DNA of 64,000 bases from an uncultured Acidobacteriota bacterium (lineage in GTDB: Bacteria > Acidobacteriota > Thermoanaerobaculia > Gp7-AA8): the NCBI GenBank assembly GCA_963741955.1, contig CAVUKB010000007.1:992001-1056000 (forward strand). The letters are read 5' to 3'. The notes under the pieces were generated by a model. That model was not told where the DNA came from, made no database searches, and was given only the letters and a program-made list of their open reading frames with translations. Positions 8,923 to 18,954 of the stretch are shown in pieces. Position 1 is the first letter of the stretch. Every line of letters begins with the position of its first letter. A program made the translations under genes and the position numbers.

Positions 8923-11900
8923 TCAGCGGTTCGCCTTCTCCATCCGCATCTGGGTGAGTCGTGCGTCGATGGCGCGGAGAAGCGCCGAGTGCGCGGCGGC
9001 GAGCGCGCCAGCCGGCGCGTTGCCGCGGAGGGCCTTCTCGAATGCGGCGGTTTTCTCGCGGAGACCGAGGCGATCATCCTTCTCCCTGACGATGCTCTTC
9101 ACTGCGTTGCCGATCGCGCCACGATTTCTCTCCAGCAGGACCCGGTACGTCTTCTCATCGACCGAGCGTCTCGTGCTGAGATCCTCGAATCCCTTCAATG
9201 CGGCCTCGGCCGCCCTGATCCGGAAGCCCTTCACCATCCGGGTGAAGGTGATCGCATGTTCGGCGACGTTCTCCGCGAAGACGTCATCCGGTTTTTCGGA
9301 TCGAAGGCCGATGACGAATCCGGAGGCGGGAGCGACCGGCCCGAACTCGGTGAAGGTGACGGGAAAGACCCGCCCCGGCTTCGCGTCGAACGCACCGAAT
9401 GTCAGCTCGAGCCAGCGGCTCTCACCCGGCTTCATTCGAGCGAAGACGAGCTCGCCCTGACATCCCATCTCCTGTCGCTCCCCATCGACTCGTCCGATGA
9501 TGTGGAGCAGCCGGCAGATCTCCGGAGTGAGCTCGTAGAGGAGGTGCATGTCGCGCATCTTCGCCTGGCTGTTGCGGACGATGGCATACGCGGAGAGTCC
9601 GGCGGCGCCGGTCCCGGAGACGGTATCGATGTTTCGCTGTGCTTTGTTGTTGTCGATGGTGATCAGGGGGTCTGCCGGCCCCGGGGTCTGGCCGAGAAGA
9701 CTCGGCGCCTGCATCGGGTCAGTCGCCGCGTTGATCTCCACTCCGAGACAGACGTGGATCGAGGCGGAACTGTCGAGGTGCCACGGCACACCGGTGGCGA
9801 GGGTCTTCGTCAGGTCCATGGCGTTGAACGTGAGCGTTTGCGGACCTCCGACTGCGGAATAGCTCGTGCCGAGTCCGAAGTCCGCTACGTAGAACTGTGC
9901 CGTCACATCGGTCGGCGACACCGTGGGCGCGGCCGGAGCGCGGCGCGAGACCCGTACGAACGCCCAGTTGTCGCCTGCTGTACCGGTTCCCTTGCGGGCG
10001 AGATCGCCCTGCATCCAGTCATTGACCGGCGCGTTCGGAGGGGAAGCGGTCTGCTGACTCCAGACGTCACTGGTGTGGTAGAAGACGGGGTTTGTCGAGG
10101 GCTCGGCGCCGCTGTCGTGATTGGAGGCGCTGACGGTCCAGTCGCGAACGAAGAAGTCCGAAGGCTGTACCAGGGCATCTGCGTAGACGTTGATGCCGGG
10201 GCCGGGAGCGGTGACTCCCGGGGGAGGTGTGGCCGAGGCCCACGCGACGTAGTGGCGTCCGGCGATGGCGGCGTTTCCGTTGTAGTCGCCGTACTTCGGG
10301 CAGCCCAAGCCGGTCACGCAGCTCTCGCCCACCGGACATCCTCCGCCCGAGAAGTCGCAGGGTGCATTGGAGCCGCCGCCGATACCATTCCGGCAGCGGC
10401 CCGCCAGTTGCGGCTGGGTTGTGCACGTCTCGGAATCGTTCGTGCTGCGCGGGTTGCACGGCCACGAGGAGCATTGAGTATCCGTCACCTGGGAGATGTC
10501 GATCTGGGGTCCGGCGACCAGATTGCCTCCCTTGACCGCCGCGCTTCCTCCGAAATAGCGGGTCTGATCGTTCGTGGACGTGGCCATGGAGCGGTCGTAC
10601 CACGCGACGTATGCGACGCCGCCATAGGCGGAGAGCCAGGGCATGAAGCGCCTCCCCGTGACGGCGTTGTTCACCACGACCGAGCGAGGGAAGGTCGAGC
10701 CGCCGTTCATCGAATCGGCGACCATCACGTTCTCGTTGCCTCCGCCGGTGGAGGTTGCCCACGCGAAGTAGACGTGATTCGGGTCGAGATCGTCGACGGC
10801 GGCGGTCGGGCTGCTGAGAATGTTACCGCTGTTGCAACGGTCGAGGCCGGGCACCGGACAGACGACGGTGGTGAACGCAGCGACGGTCACCGGGAACCCC
10901 ACCTGCTGGACCAGGCCGGAGCTGCAGGAGCTGAACTTGTTCAGCATCGCGTTTCCGCCGTTGCGGTATGAGACGTAGACGAAGCCGTCGCTGCCGACGG
11001 TGACTCGGGGGAAGTCACCGGAGCCGACGTTCACGGTGGTGGTCCATGTGGCGGCACTGTCGGATGAGCAGGTCAGACGCATCGTCACGAATCCCGAAGC
11101 GATGGAAGAACAGCTCGTGGCCGTACCGCTGGGAGTGAAGTTCCGCCAGGCCGCGTAGAGCTGGTCATTTCCTCCGACGCTGTTGAATCGATCGGCGGCG
11201 ATGTGCTCCTGATCGGGAAAGCAGATCGATCCGGTATTGGGGCAGACGACCGAGTGGCTGGTGAAAGTGAAGAGCTGACCCCCATTGGTAGAGACCGAGA
11301 CGCTGTTGGAGCAGCCGGTCACTCCTCCGGCCGCGGCGGTACCGTTGGGGTATCCGATGAAGCCCCAGTACATGTTGCCGGAGGCGCCGAGCGCCAGCGA
11401 GGGATCGCCATCGGCGGGAAATCCGGCGGGCGAGCCCGCACCGCCGAGATTGAACGTCCCACCGCCATTACTGGACCATGCGCCGCCGGCGTTCGTGGCG
11501 AGAGCGACGTTCTGGCCGTTCGCGGAGGCGACGATCTCGAGCTCACCCAGGCCGGCACGCCCGTTGATCGGAACGCCGACTACGGTTTCGCCCGTTCCGC
11601 CAGTCGGTCGTGAACTTTCCCGGTTCGGACCTCCCTGCGGCGCCGGCGACGTCGCGGGTGGAGGAGTGGCTTCGGCCCGCCGCCTCTGCAGTTCGAGCGC
11701 TTCGCGGGCCGAGATCTTCTCGTTGCCGGGTCGTGAAGGACGGGCGGTGCGTCCGATTGCCAGTGCTTCATCCGCGACGCTCAGCGGGACACCGGGGCGA
11801 AGAGTCGTCTCCATGCGGATCAGGCGGTCGGCCGCTGCGATCGCGGTGGTCACCCAGATCGTATCCTGTGTGACGAGGGGTCGACCCTCCTTCTCGTCTT

Positions 11901-12261
11901 CACGACCGGTGGTGGGAAATGGGTAGCGGTAGACGCGCTCGTAAGCCGGCCAGCCGGCGATGATTCCGAACTTTCCCGTCTCCGGTTGCTCGAGGGCGAT
12001 CTGAGAGAGACGGTTCAGTGCATCGGTATGATCGAGTCGTGGCTCGAACGTGACGAGCATGTGAGCATCGACGGCGCCCTTTTCTTCTCCGGGTCGAACC
12101 AGCTCGATCGCATTGCGGGTTCGATCGCTGAGCACCCAGTACGGAGGAACGGTCAAGGATACGACGTCGTCCAGGCGAACCTCCTTTCCCTGTTGAGCCG
12201 CGAGGGGGAGAGTAAGGGAGAAGAACGCGAGGAAGGCAACGAGAGGACGCAGGATACGCAT
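8923..12261 (-). CDS. Large secreted multi-domain protein (~1110 aa) with sialidase/BNR-like propeller and Cys-rich segment
   Basis: Signal peptide MRILRPLVAFLAFFSLTLPLAA; S.NGG.TF Asp-box-like repeats; GDP.LA, PDQE.IA.D, GDY.G motifs. Confidence 0.8.
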   Translation of the reverse strand: MRILRPLVAFLAFFSLTLPLAAQQGKEVRLDDVVSLTVPPYWVLSDRTRNAIELVRPGEEKGAVDAHMLVTFEPRLDHTDALNRLSQIALEQPETGKFGIIAGWPAYERVYRYPFPTTGREDEKEGRPLVTQDTIWVTTAIAAADRLIRMETTLRPGVPLSVADEALAIGRTARPSRPGNEKISAREALELQRRRAEATPPPATSPAPQGGPNRESSRPTGGTGETVVGVPINGRAGLGELEIVASANGQNVALATNAGGAWSSNGGGTFNLGGAGSPAGFPADGDPSLALGASGNMYWGFIGYPNGTAAAGGVTGCSNSVSVSTNGGQLFTFTSHSVVCPNTGSICFPDQEHIAADRFNSVGGNDQLYAAWRNFTPSGTATSCSSIASGFVTMRLTCSSDSAATWTTTVNVGSGDFPRVTVGSDGFVYVSYRNGGNAMLNKFSSCSSGLVQQVGFPVTVAAFTTVVCPVPGLDRCNSGNILSSPTAAVDDLDPNHVYFAWATSTGGGNENVMVADSMNGGSTFPRSVVVNNAVTGRRFMPWLSAYGGVAYVAWYDRSMATSTNDQTRYFGGSAAVKGGNLVAGPQIDISQVTDTQCSSWPCNPRSTNDSETCTTQPQLAGRCRNGIGGGSNAPCDFSGGGCPVGESCVTGLGCPKYGDYNGNAAIAGRHYVAWASATPPPGVTAPGPGINVYADALVQPSDFFVRDWTVSASNHDSGAEPSTNPVFYHTSDVWSQQTASPPNAPVNDWMQGDLARKGTGTAGDNWAFVRVSRRAPAAPTVSPTDVTAQFYVADFGLGTSYSAVGGPQTLTFNAMDLTKTLATGVPWHLDSSASIHVCLGVEINAATDPMQAPSLLGQTPGPADPLITIDNNKAQRNIDTVSGTGAAGLSAYAIVRNSQAKMRDMHLLYELTPEICRLLHIIGRVDGERQEMGCQGELVFARMKPGESRWLELTFGAFDAKPGRVFPVTFTEFGPVAPASGFVIGLRSEKPDDVFAENVAEHAITFTRMVKGFRIRAAEAALKGFEDLSTRRSVDEKTYRVLLERNRGAIGNAVKSIVREKDDRLGLREKTAAFEKALRGNAPAGALAAAHSALLRAIDARLTQMRMEKANR

Positions 12262-12825
12262 GAAGATCCTCCACAATCGGCCGGTCGTCGGGGATCGGGC
12301 GGACGGACCGGGAGGTCGCGAGATCCGGACGGCCGAGATCGACGACTGAGTGTCAGGCGTCGCATCGCTTCGCGGTGACGGGCGACGCCACGGGCGGTGC
12401 GAGCAATTGTTCAGGTGATGAGAACAAGCTCGGTGCTCCGTCGCCGACTGGCAACTGGGAACAGTTGGTAGATCCCGCTATTCGTTGGTTGGATCCGCTG
12501 TCGCCGCAGAGATCACCGTTGCGGTTCGCATACGGCCGAGTTCACGCGCAAACGGCTCGGTTCGTGCGCCGGTGATGAGGAGGAGACTCTTGACCGGGAC
12601 GACGTTGCAATCATCGACGCCGGGGAGGGAGGGCGGCCTCCCGCTCACGCCTGCCGGCCTCCGCGTCGCCCGCGAGGATCACTTCCGATGGACGTCGTCT
12701 GAAGGATCTCGGCCAGAAGACCGGATGGCCCGAACTCAAGGGGCACTGTGGGTGTTCACAGAGCCGATGCGCGGAGTGACTGCGCATCTGCCGCAGGTGT
12801 CGTCTCGTTGCGTTCTGAAGGCGAT

Positions 12826-12948
12826 CTGCGCGGCCAAATTCGTTTGGATTTGAGGTGCATAGCGGTGGCTACTCGCCGAAGATCCGGACGGATTTGGACC
12901 GCTGATCCGCTTTCGCAGTAGGACTGTTTCTACCGCGCAGACTCCTAG
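12826..12948. mobile_element. Truncated copy of MITE-like element type A (one TIR retained)
   Basis: Aligns by eye with 34105-34224 (GGATTTGAGG..GC.TAGCGGTG.CTACTCGCCGA...TTTGGACCGCTGATCCGCTTTCGCAG.AGGACT.TTTCTA.CGCGCAGACTCCTAG). Confidence 0.75.
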
Positions 12949-13128
12949 CCCGCATTTCTCACACCATCTCTGCTGCGGAGCCGGATAGCGGCCTGTCTGC
13001 TGCGTTGAGCTCCGCTCCGGCTCCTCGACATAGTCACCGCTATGCCTTCGTCGCCGAAGCTGCGCGCGCCTTGCATCCAGGCCACTCTCCGCCTCCTCGC
13101 GACGAGACGGTATGAGAAATGCGGGCTA
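12946..13128. mobile_element. MITE-like element type B (183 bp)
   Basis: TIRs TAGCCCGCATTTCTCACACC / GGTATGAGAAATGCGGGCTA (19/20); non-coding; internal dyad symmetry. Confidence 0.75.
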
Positions 13129-13148
13129 ACCGGATCGGGAGGCGAACC

Positions 13149-13949
13149 TCACCGCTTCGCGATGGTGATGCCGCCGTTGGTGGTCTTCAGCTCGAGGAGC
13201 GGTCCGCCGCCGTTGATGGTTCCTTCGAGCCGGGTCCGACTGAAATTGGTCGAAGTGATCGGGAAGTCGGTGGAGATCGCTCCGTTCGTCGTTCCTGCAT
13301 CGACCTCACCGCGGTAGCCTTCCGGCAGCGCCACGTGGATCCGTCCGTTCGTGGTGTGGAAGCGCATCGGCTTCGCTCCGGAGATCTGACGCAACTCGGC
13401 ATGAATGGAGCCGTTGGTCGTTTGCGCGCTCACGGATCCGGCGAGATTGGCGACTTCGATCGAGCCGTTCGTCGTCTCGAACTTCAACTCACCCGAAAGG
13501 TCCTTCGCTTCGACCCGTCCGTTGACCGTCTCCACCTGGACGTCGAATGACGAGGGGACCGTGACTTCGTAACGGACCTCATAGTCGACGTTCGAGCCGG
13601 AGAGCCAGTCGAGGAATCCGCCCCCCGATCCGTGCGGCCGTCGGGTCTCGACCACCAGCCCGCCGTCCTTCGGCGTGACTTCGATCTTCAGCTCCTTCAT
13701 CGCGTCGCGTGCCGCGTCGCCGTGCGCCTTGATGACTTTCTCGGCCCGGATGCGCACCGAAGGACGCTCCCAGGACGAGAGGTGGATCGAGCCGTTCTCG
13801 TTCGAGAGGACGAGGTGGGCTCCCGGTTTGACCGGGTAGCTCTGGTCGAAGTTTTCGGTGAGGGTCTCCGCCGAGAGTGTCGCGGCGGTGGTTACGACGG
13901 CGAGGGCGATACCGATGCCCCGCAGCCGGGCGCGTCGAAGAGTTCGCAT
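13149..13949 (-). CDS. DUF4097 family beta-strand repeat (putative adhesin) protein
   Basis: Signal peptide; repeated T.NG.I motifs; C-term G.INGGG..L.L.T.NG.I.I. Confidence 0.88.
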   Translation of the reverse strand: MRTLRRARLRGIGIALAVVTTAATLSAETLTENFDQSYPVKPGAHLVLSNENGSIHLSSWERPSVRIRAEKVIKAHGDAARDAMKELKIEVTPKDGGLVVETRRPHGSGGGFLDWLSGSNVDYEVRYEVTVPSSFDVQVETVNGRVEAKDLSGELKFETTNGSIEVANLAGSVSAQTTNGSIHAELRQISGAKPMRFHTTNGRIHVALPEGYRGEVDAGTTNGAISTDFPITSTNFSRTRLEGTINGGGPLLELKTTNGGITIAKR

Positions 13950-14039
13950 GAGTCACCTCCTGTTGGAGGAAGGTACGGAATCGGGAGCGGCGAGGTTTCA
14001 GATCACGGGCGCAAACCGCTCGACCCGCGTGGGCGAGAG

Positions 14040-17000
14040 TCAGGAGCTCTCGGCGAGGATGGCCGAAAGAGTCTGCAGGAGTGTGGCGGCGGAGTAGGGC
14101 TTCGAGAGAAGCGTCTGGATCCCGAGACTTTTCGCGGTCGCCACGTTTTCGCCCGCCGCGAGGCCGCTCGTGCCGATGATCGCCAGCGCAGGGTTGATTT
14201 TCCGGAGCACACGGATCGTGGCGGGACCATCCATGACCGGCATCATCATGTCGATGATCACCAGTCGGATCCGTCCCTGCACCTTCGCGTAGAGTGAGAT
14301 CGCTTCGGCGCCGTCGGCGGCGACCAGCGCGCGGTACCCGAATGCTTCCAGCGTCTGCTGGGTCACTTCCCGGACCGCGATCTCGTCGTCGACGACCAGA
14401 ATGAGCTCTCCGCGACCGGCGGGAAGCTCGGTCTCTCCAGGGAGCGAGGAATCGGTCGCACGAGAGCGGACGGAGGGGAGGTAGACGGTGAATCGGGATC
14501 CCCGACCGGGATCGTTGTAAACGCGCATGAAGCCGCCGTGACTTCGGACGATGGCCAGCGAAGTCGAAAGCCCGAGCCCCGTCCCTTTCCCGATCTCCTT
14601 GGTGGTGAAGAAAGGCTCGAAGATCTTGTCCAGAATCTCGGGAGGAATTCCGGGACCCGTGTCTTCGACGTCGATCTCGACGTAGCTTCCGGGAGCGGCT
14701 CCGGAAACCATCCCCGCATAGTTCTGGTCGATCTCGACGTTCTTGGCGGAAAGAGCCAGAGTCCCACCGGTCGGCATGGCGTCGCGAGCGTTCACGGCGA
14801 GATTCATGATGACCTGATGGAGCTGAGTCGGACGCCGCTGACGGTCCAGAGATCCGGCGATATGTCGGTCGTCACGTGGATGGTCTTGAGGAAGGTGTCG
14901 TTGACGATCTTCGCAATTTCCGAGAGGAGTTTTCCCGCGTCGACCTCGATCCGTCGACCTTCCACTCCGCGGGCGAACGCGAGGACCTGCTTGACCATGT
15001 TTGCGCCACGCCGGACTCCGGCCATCATTCTGGCCAGTGTCTCTCGGCGTTTCGGATCGGTCTCGCCGCGGGAGAGGACGTCGATCGACATCATGATCGG
15101 CGCGAGGACGTTATTGAGATCATGGGCGATTCCTCCCGCCAGTGTCCCGATGCTCTCCATACGCTGGGCGCGGAGGAACTGCTCCTCGAGACGTTTGCGC
15201 TCGGTGATGTCCTCGAGCACGACCATGGTTCCCACCGGGCTACCCGCGTCATCGCGGATCGCACCCGAACTGATGCTGGCCTGGATCCGCTCTCCGTTCC
15301 TCTTCTGGCGGGCCTGAATCTCGCTGAGCACGGGACCCTGACCGACGACACGCGCGATCATGGCGAGAAACTCCTCGCGAACTTCTTCCGGAACGCTCGG
15401 ACAGAATCGTCCGATGGCCTCTTCCGGACTCCAGCCGAACATTCGCCGCGCTCCTTCGTTCCATTCGGTGACCCGACCTTCGAGATCGAGTCCGAGGATG
15501 GCCACCGGCGCGGCGTCGAAGATCGTCTGGAGAGTCTCCTTCGCCTTTCGCAGTCCCTCCTCGGCGAGTTTCCGTTCGGTGATGTCCTCGAGCATTCCGA
15601 TGATGAAGCGAGGCCCGGTGTCGTCGCGCACGAGAGTGGAGGTGAGAAATCCCCACATCCAGCTTCCATCCTTCCGGCGGTAGCGTTTCTCCATCTGAAA
15701 CCGGTCGAGCGTTCCCTCGACCATCTCGTCCCACGTCTCGCGATCGATCCGGTAATCGTCCGGATGGCTCACGTCGGACACGGTCATTCCCCGCAGCTCC
15801 TCCACGTCGTATCCGAACATCCGGGCGAGAGCCGCGTTCGAGCGGAGGATCGTGCCGTCGACGTGATCGACGATCGCCAGCCCGATTCCCGCTCGCTCGA
15901 AGATGGCGCGGAACTGTGCCTCGCTATGGGCCAGAGCGATGGCGGCTCTCTTGCGCTCGGTCGTCTCGCGGAAGACTCCCTGCACCGCGACCGGCTTTCC
16001 CTCCTCGAGCACCAGGCTGCTCAGGACCTCGACCCAGATCAGGGATCCGTCGTTGCGGCGAAGCCGGAACTCCATCAGCTCCCCGTCGGAACCGGTTCGG
16101 AGGATCTGTCTCATTCCTGCGCCGGCCCTCGCCAGATCGTCGTCGTTCGTGACGAGGTGGGAGAAATCGAGAGATCTGATCTCGTCGAGCGAGTAGCCGA
16201 AGGCCCGGAGTGCGGCCGGATTCGCGTCGAGAAAGTGACCCTCGAGATCGCACACGAAGACTCCGTCGAGGGAACGGTCGAACAGCGCGCGGTAACGCTC
16301 CGCGGTGCTCCGGCTTCGGAGCTCGGCCTCCTTCCGGCGGGTGATGTCCTCGAGGACGGTGATGAAGTAATTCGGCTTGCCGGCGGCGTCACGCAGCAGT
16401 CTGGTGGCCAGACTGACCCACACGGTCCGGCCATCTTTGCGACGGTACCGCTTCTCCATCGCGGCCTGTTCGGTGTCGCCGGAGAGCAACGCGTCACGCT
16501 CGTTCATCGTACGTTCGATGTCTTCGATCACCGTCAGCTCGGTGAACGACATTCCGATCAGCTCCTCCCGCGAGTATCCGACGATCCCGCAGAAGCGGTC
16601 GTTGACCAGAAGGAGGCGGCCGGTGGGCGAGACGTGAGCAATGCCGACCGCCGCCTGTTCGAACGTTGCGCGGAAGCGCTCCTCACTCTCCCGGAGCGCT
16701 CGCGCGCTGGCCTCGCGCTCGATGGCGTAGCGCACGACCCGGGCCACCACGCCCTCGCCGATTCGCCTCTTCGGAAGATAATCCTGCGCTGCTGCACGGA
16801 TCGCATGAAGGGCGACGACGTCATCGTCGTTTCCGGAGAGAACGACGATCGGTGTGCCGGTCGCCGCATCCTTCAACTGCAGCAGGCTATCCAGGCCCTG
16901 ACTGTCGGGAAGATTCAGGTCGAGCACCAGAGCGTCGTACTTTCTCTGGCCGAGTTTAGAGAGGGCATCGTGGAGAGTTTCCACGTGTGCCACGCCGAAC

Positions 17001-17095
17001 GACGTTCCCGTCGAGTCCTCCAGATCCTGCCGAATGATGAACGCGTCGCTCGGACTGTCTTCGATCAGCAGAACGCGAAGCCCTTCAGCGTCCAT
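14040..17095 (-). pseudogene. Hybrid sensor histidine kinase (REC-4xPAS-HisKA-HATPase-REC) split by a 1-nt frameshift at ~14832
   Basis: ORF 14804-17095 ends '...DLWTVSG'. The shifted frame continues 'PTQLHQVIMNLAVNARDAMP'. Adding one A restores SG-D-PTQLHQV. H-box GGIAHDLNNVL, G-box GKGTGLGL. Confidence 0.85.
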
Positions 17096-17546
17096 GAACG
17101 CTCCCGAGCGGAAGGCGGGCGACCTGCAGCCAGAATCGCTCGATCGAGCGGATTGCGTCGGCGAAGGCATCGAACCCGAATGGCTTGAACACGTAACAAT
17201 TGGCGTGCAATGCGTAGGCATTGTTCACGTCGGCATCGCGCCGGGACGTGGTCAGAACCACCACCGGAATCTCTTTCAGCCCGGGATCGGTCTTGATCTG
17301 CTCGAGGAGGGCGTGTCCTCCCATGCGGGGAAGGTTCAGATCGAGCAGGATCAGGTCGGGACGCGCGGCTTCGACGTAGCGTCCTTCGCGCCGGAGGAAC
17401 TCCAACGCCTCGATGCCGTCTTCGGCGACGTGCATCTCATGTGCGATCCCACAGTCGCGAAGCGCTTCACCCGTCAGCATCACGTCGGTCGCGTTGTCTT
17501 CGACCATCAGAATGAGCACGCGGTGCGTACCGCTCCCGTCGTTCAT
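17085..17546 (-). CDS. Single-domain response regulator (Rcp1-like)
   Basis: ILMVEDN, PDLILLDLNLP, IPVVVLTTS, ANCY..KP. Confidence 0.92.
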   Translation of the reverse strand: MNDGSGTHRVLILMVEDNATDVMLTGEALRDCGIAHEMHVAEDGIEALEFLRREGRYVEAARPDLILLDLNLPRMGGHALLEQIKTDPGLKEIPVVVLTTSRRDADVNNAYALHANCYVFKPFGFDAFADAIRSIERFWLQVARLPLGSVHGR

Positions 17547-18691
17547 CGTTCCGTCCCCCCGCCGGGAAGGAGGAACGAGAACGTCGAACCTTCGCCGGGT
17601 GTCGAATCCACCCAGATACGCCCGCCGTGACGCTCGATCACTTTTCTGCAGATTGGCAGACCGACGCCGGTCCCGGGATACCGGGCGCGGGGATGGAGGC
17701 GCTGAAAGAGGCCGAAGATTTTCTCCAAGAACCGGGTCTCGATTCCGATGCCGTTATCGGCGACCGAGATGATCCATCCCTCCCGCTCCCGTTGCGCGGA
17801 AATATGGATCTTCAGAGGGCATTCGCTGCGGAACTTGATCGCGTTGCCGATCAGATTCTCGAAGACCTGGGAAAGCTGACGACGATCTCCCGACACGACG
17901 GGCAGCTCTCCGCGAGTGACGACGGCACCGGTCCGGGCGATGGTGGCGGCGAGTGAAGACAATGCCCGGTCGAGCGCCCCGTCAAGATCGACCCGCCTCT
18001 TCTCCAGGTGCGGCCGTCCCACGCGCGAATACTCGAGCAGGTCCTCGATCAGGTTCTGCATGCGCATGCTGCTCTCGACGGCGAGGGAGATCAGCTCCCG
18101 GGCGTCCGTGTTCAGCTGCGGGCCGTGGCGCTTCTGGAGCAACTCGACGCAGCCGACCACGCCACGGAGCGGTTCCTGCAGGTCGTGTGATGCGACGAAG
18201 GCGAATTGTTCCAGCTCGGCGTTCGACCGAGCCAGCTCTTCGGTCCTGCGCCAGGCTTCCGCCTCCAGGCGCTTTCGGTCCGTGATGTCGCGGGCGATCT
18301 TCGAGGCTCCGACCACCCGGCCCGTCTCATCGTGAATCGGCGAGATCGTGACCGAGACGTCGATCGGCTCCCCATTTTTCCGGAGCCGCACGGTCTCGTA
18401 GTGGACCACGTGCTCGCCGCGCGCGATTCGGCTCAGAATGTTCTGCTCCTCGCCGTGGCGGTCGGACGGGAAGAGGATCAGGATCGGCTTTCCGACGATC
18501 TCGGCCGCGGTGTATCCGAAAATTCTTTCGGCAGCCGGATTCCAGCTGGTGACGACTCCGTCGAGCGTCTTACTGATGATTGCATCGTCCGAAGATTGGA
18601 TGATGGACGCGAGATGGAGGCCTTCGATTCCCGCGGCCGCGGGCCGGGGGTCCGGCCTCGAGGAATACGACTTCTTTGCGGTACGCCTCAT
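17543..18691 (-). CDS. PAS-domain sensor histidine kinase (Cph1-like kinase core)
   Basis: PAS (SSDDAIISKTLDG.VTSWN.AAE), ELEQFAFVASHDLQEPLR, NLIGNAIKF, FQRLH...YPGTGVGL. Confidence 0.92.
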   Translation of the reverse strand: MRRTAKKSYSSRPDPRPAAAGIEGLHLASIIQSSDDAIISKTLDGVVTSWNPAAERIFGYTAAEIVGKPILILFPSDRHGEEQNILSRIARGEHVVHYETVRLRKNGEPIDVSVTISPIHDETGRVVGASKIARDITDRKRLEAEAWRRTEELARSNAELEQFAFVASHDLQEPLRGVVGCVELLQKRHGPQLNTDARELISLAVESSMRMQNLIEDLLEYSRVGRPHLEKRRVDLDGALDRALSSLAATIARTGAVVTRGELPVVSGDRRQLSQVFENLIGNAIKFRSECPLKIHISAQREREGWIISVADNGIGIETRFLEKIFGLFQRLHPRARYPGTGVGLPICRKVIERHGGRIWVDSTPGEGSTFSFLLPGGGTER

Positions 18692-18954
18692 GTCGCCGCC
18701 GAGTGAGTCGGGTCCGGAAGGGGTTCGATGCCGTCTCCTGCGTGCTCGGCCCGATCCACATCCATCATGCGCGCACGAGTCTTGACGGTCAAGCGACGCG
18801 GAACGGCACGGCACTCCTCTGTACGCGGCCGGTCCCGACGACACTGCACAGGACGAGAATTGTCGGGCTCATCTGCTGACGATTCATCTCCCGAGATCTC
18901 GTGGCCATTCGCGATGTCGCGAAGGATGCCGGTGTGAGCGAGCGGCGATCCGGA

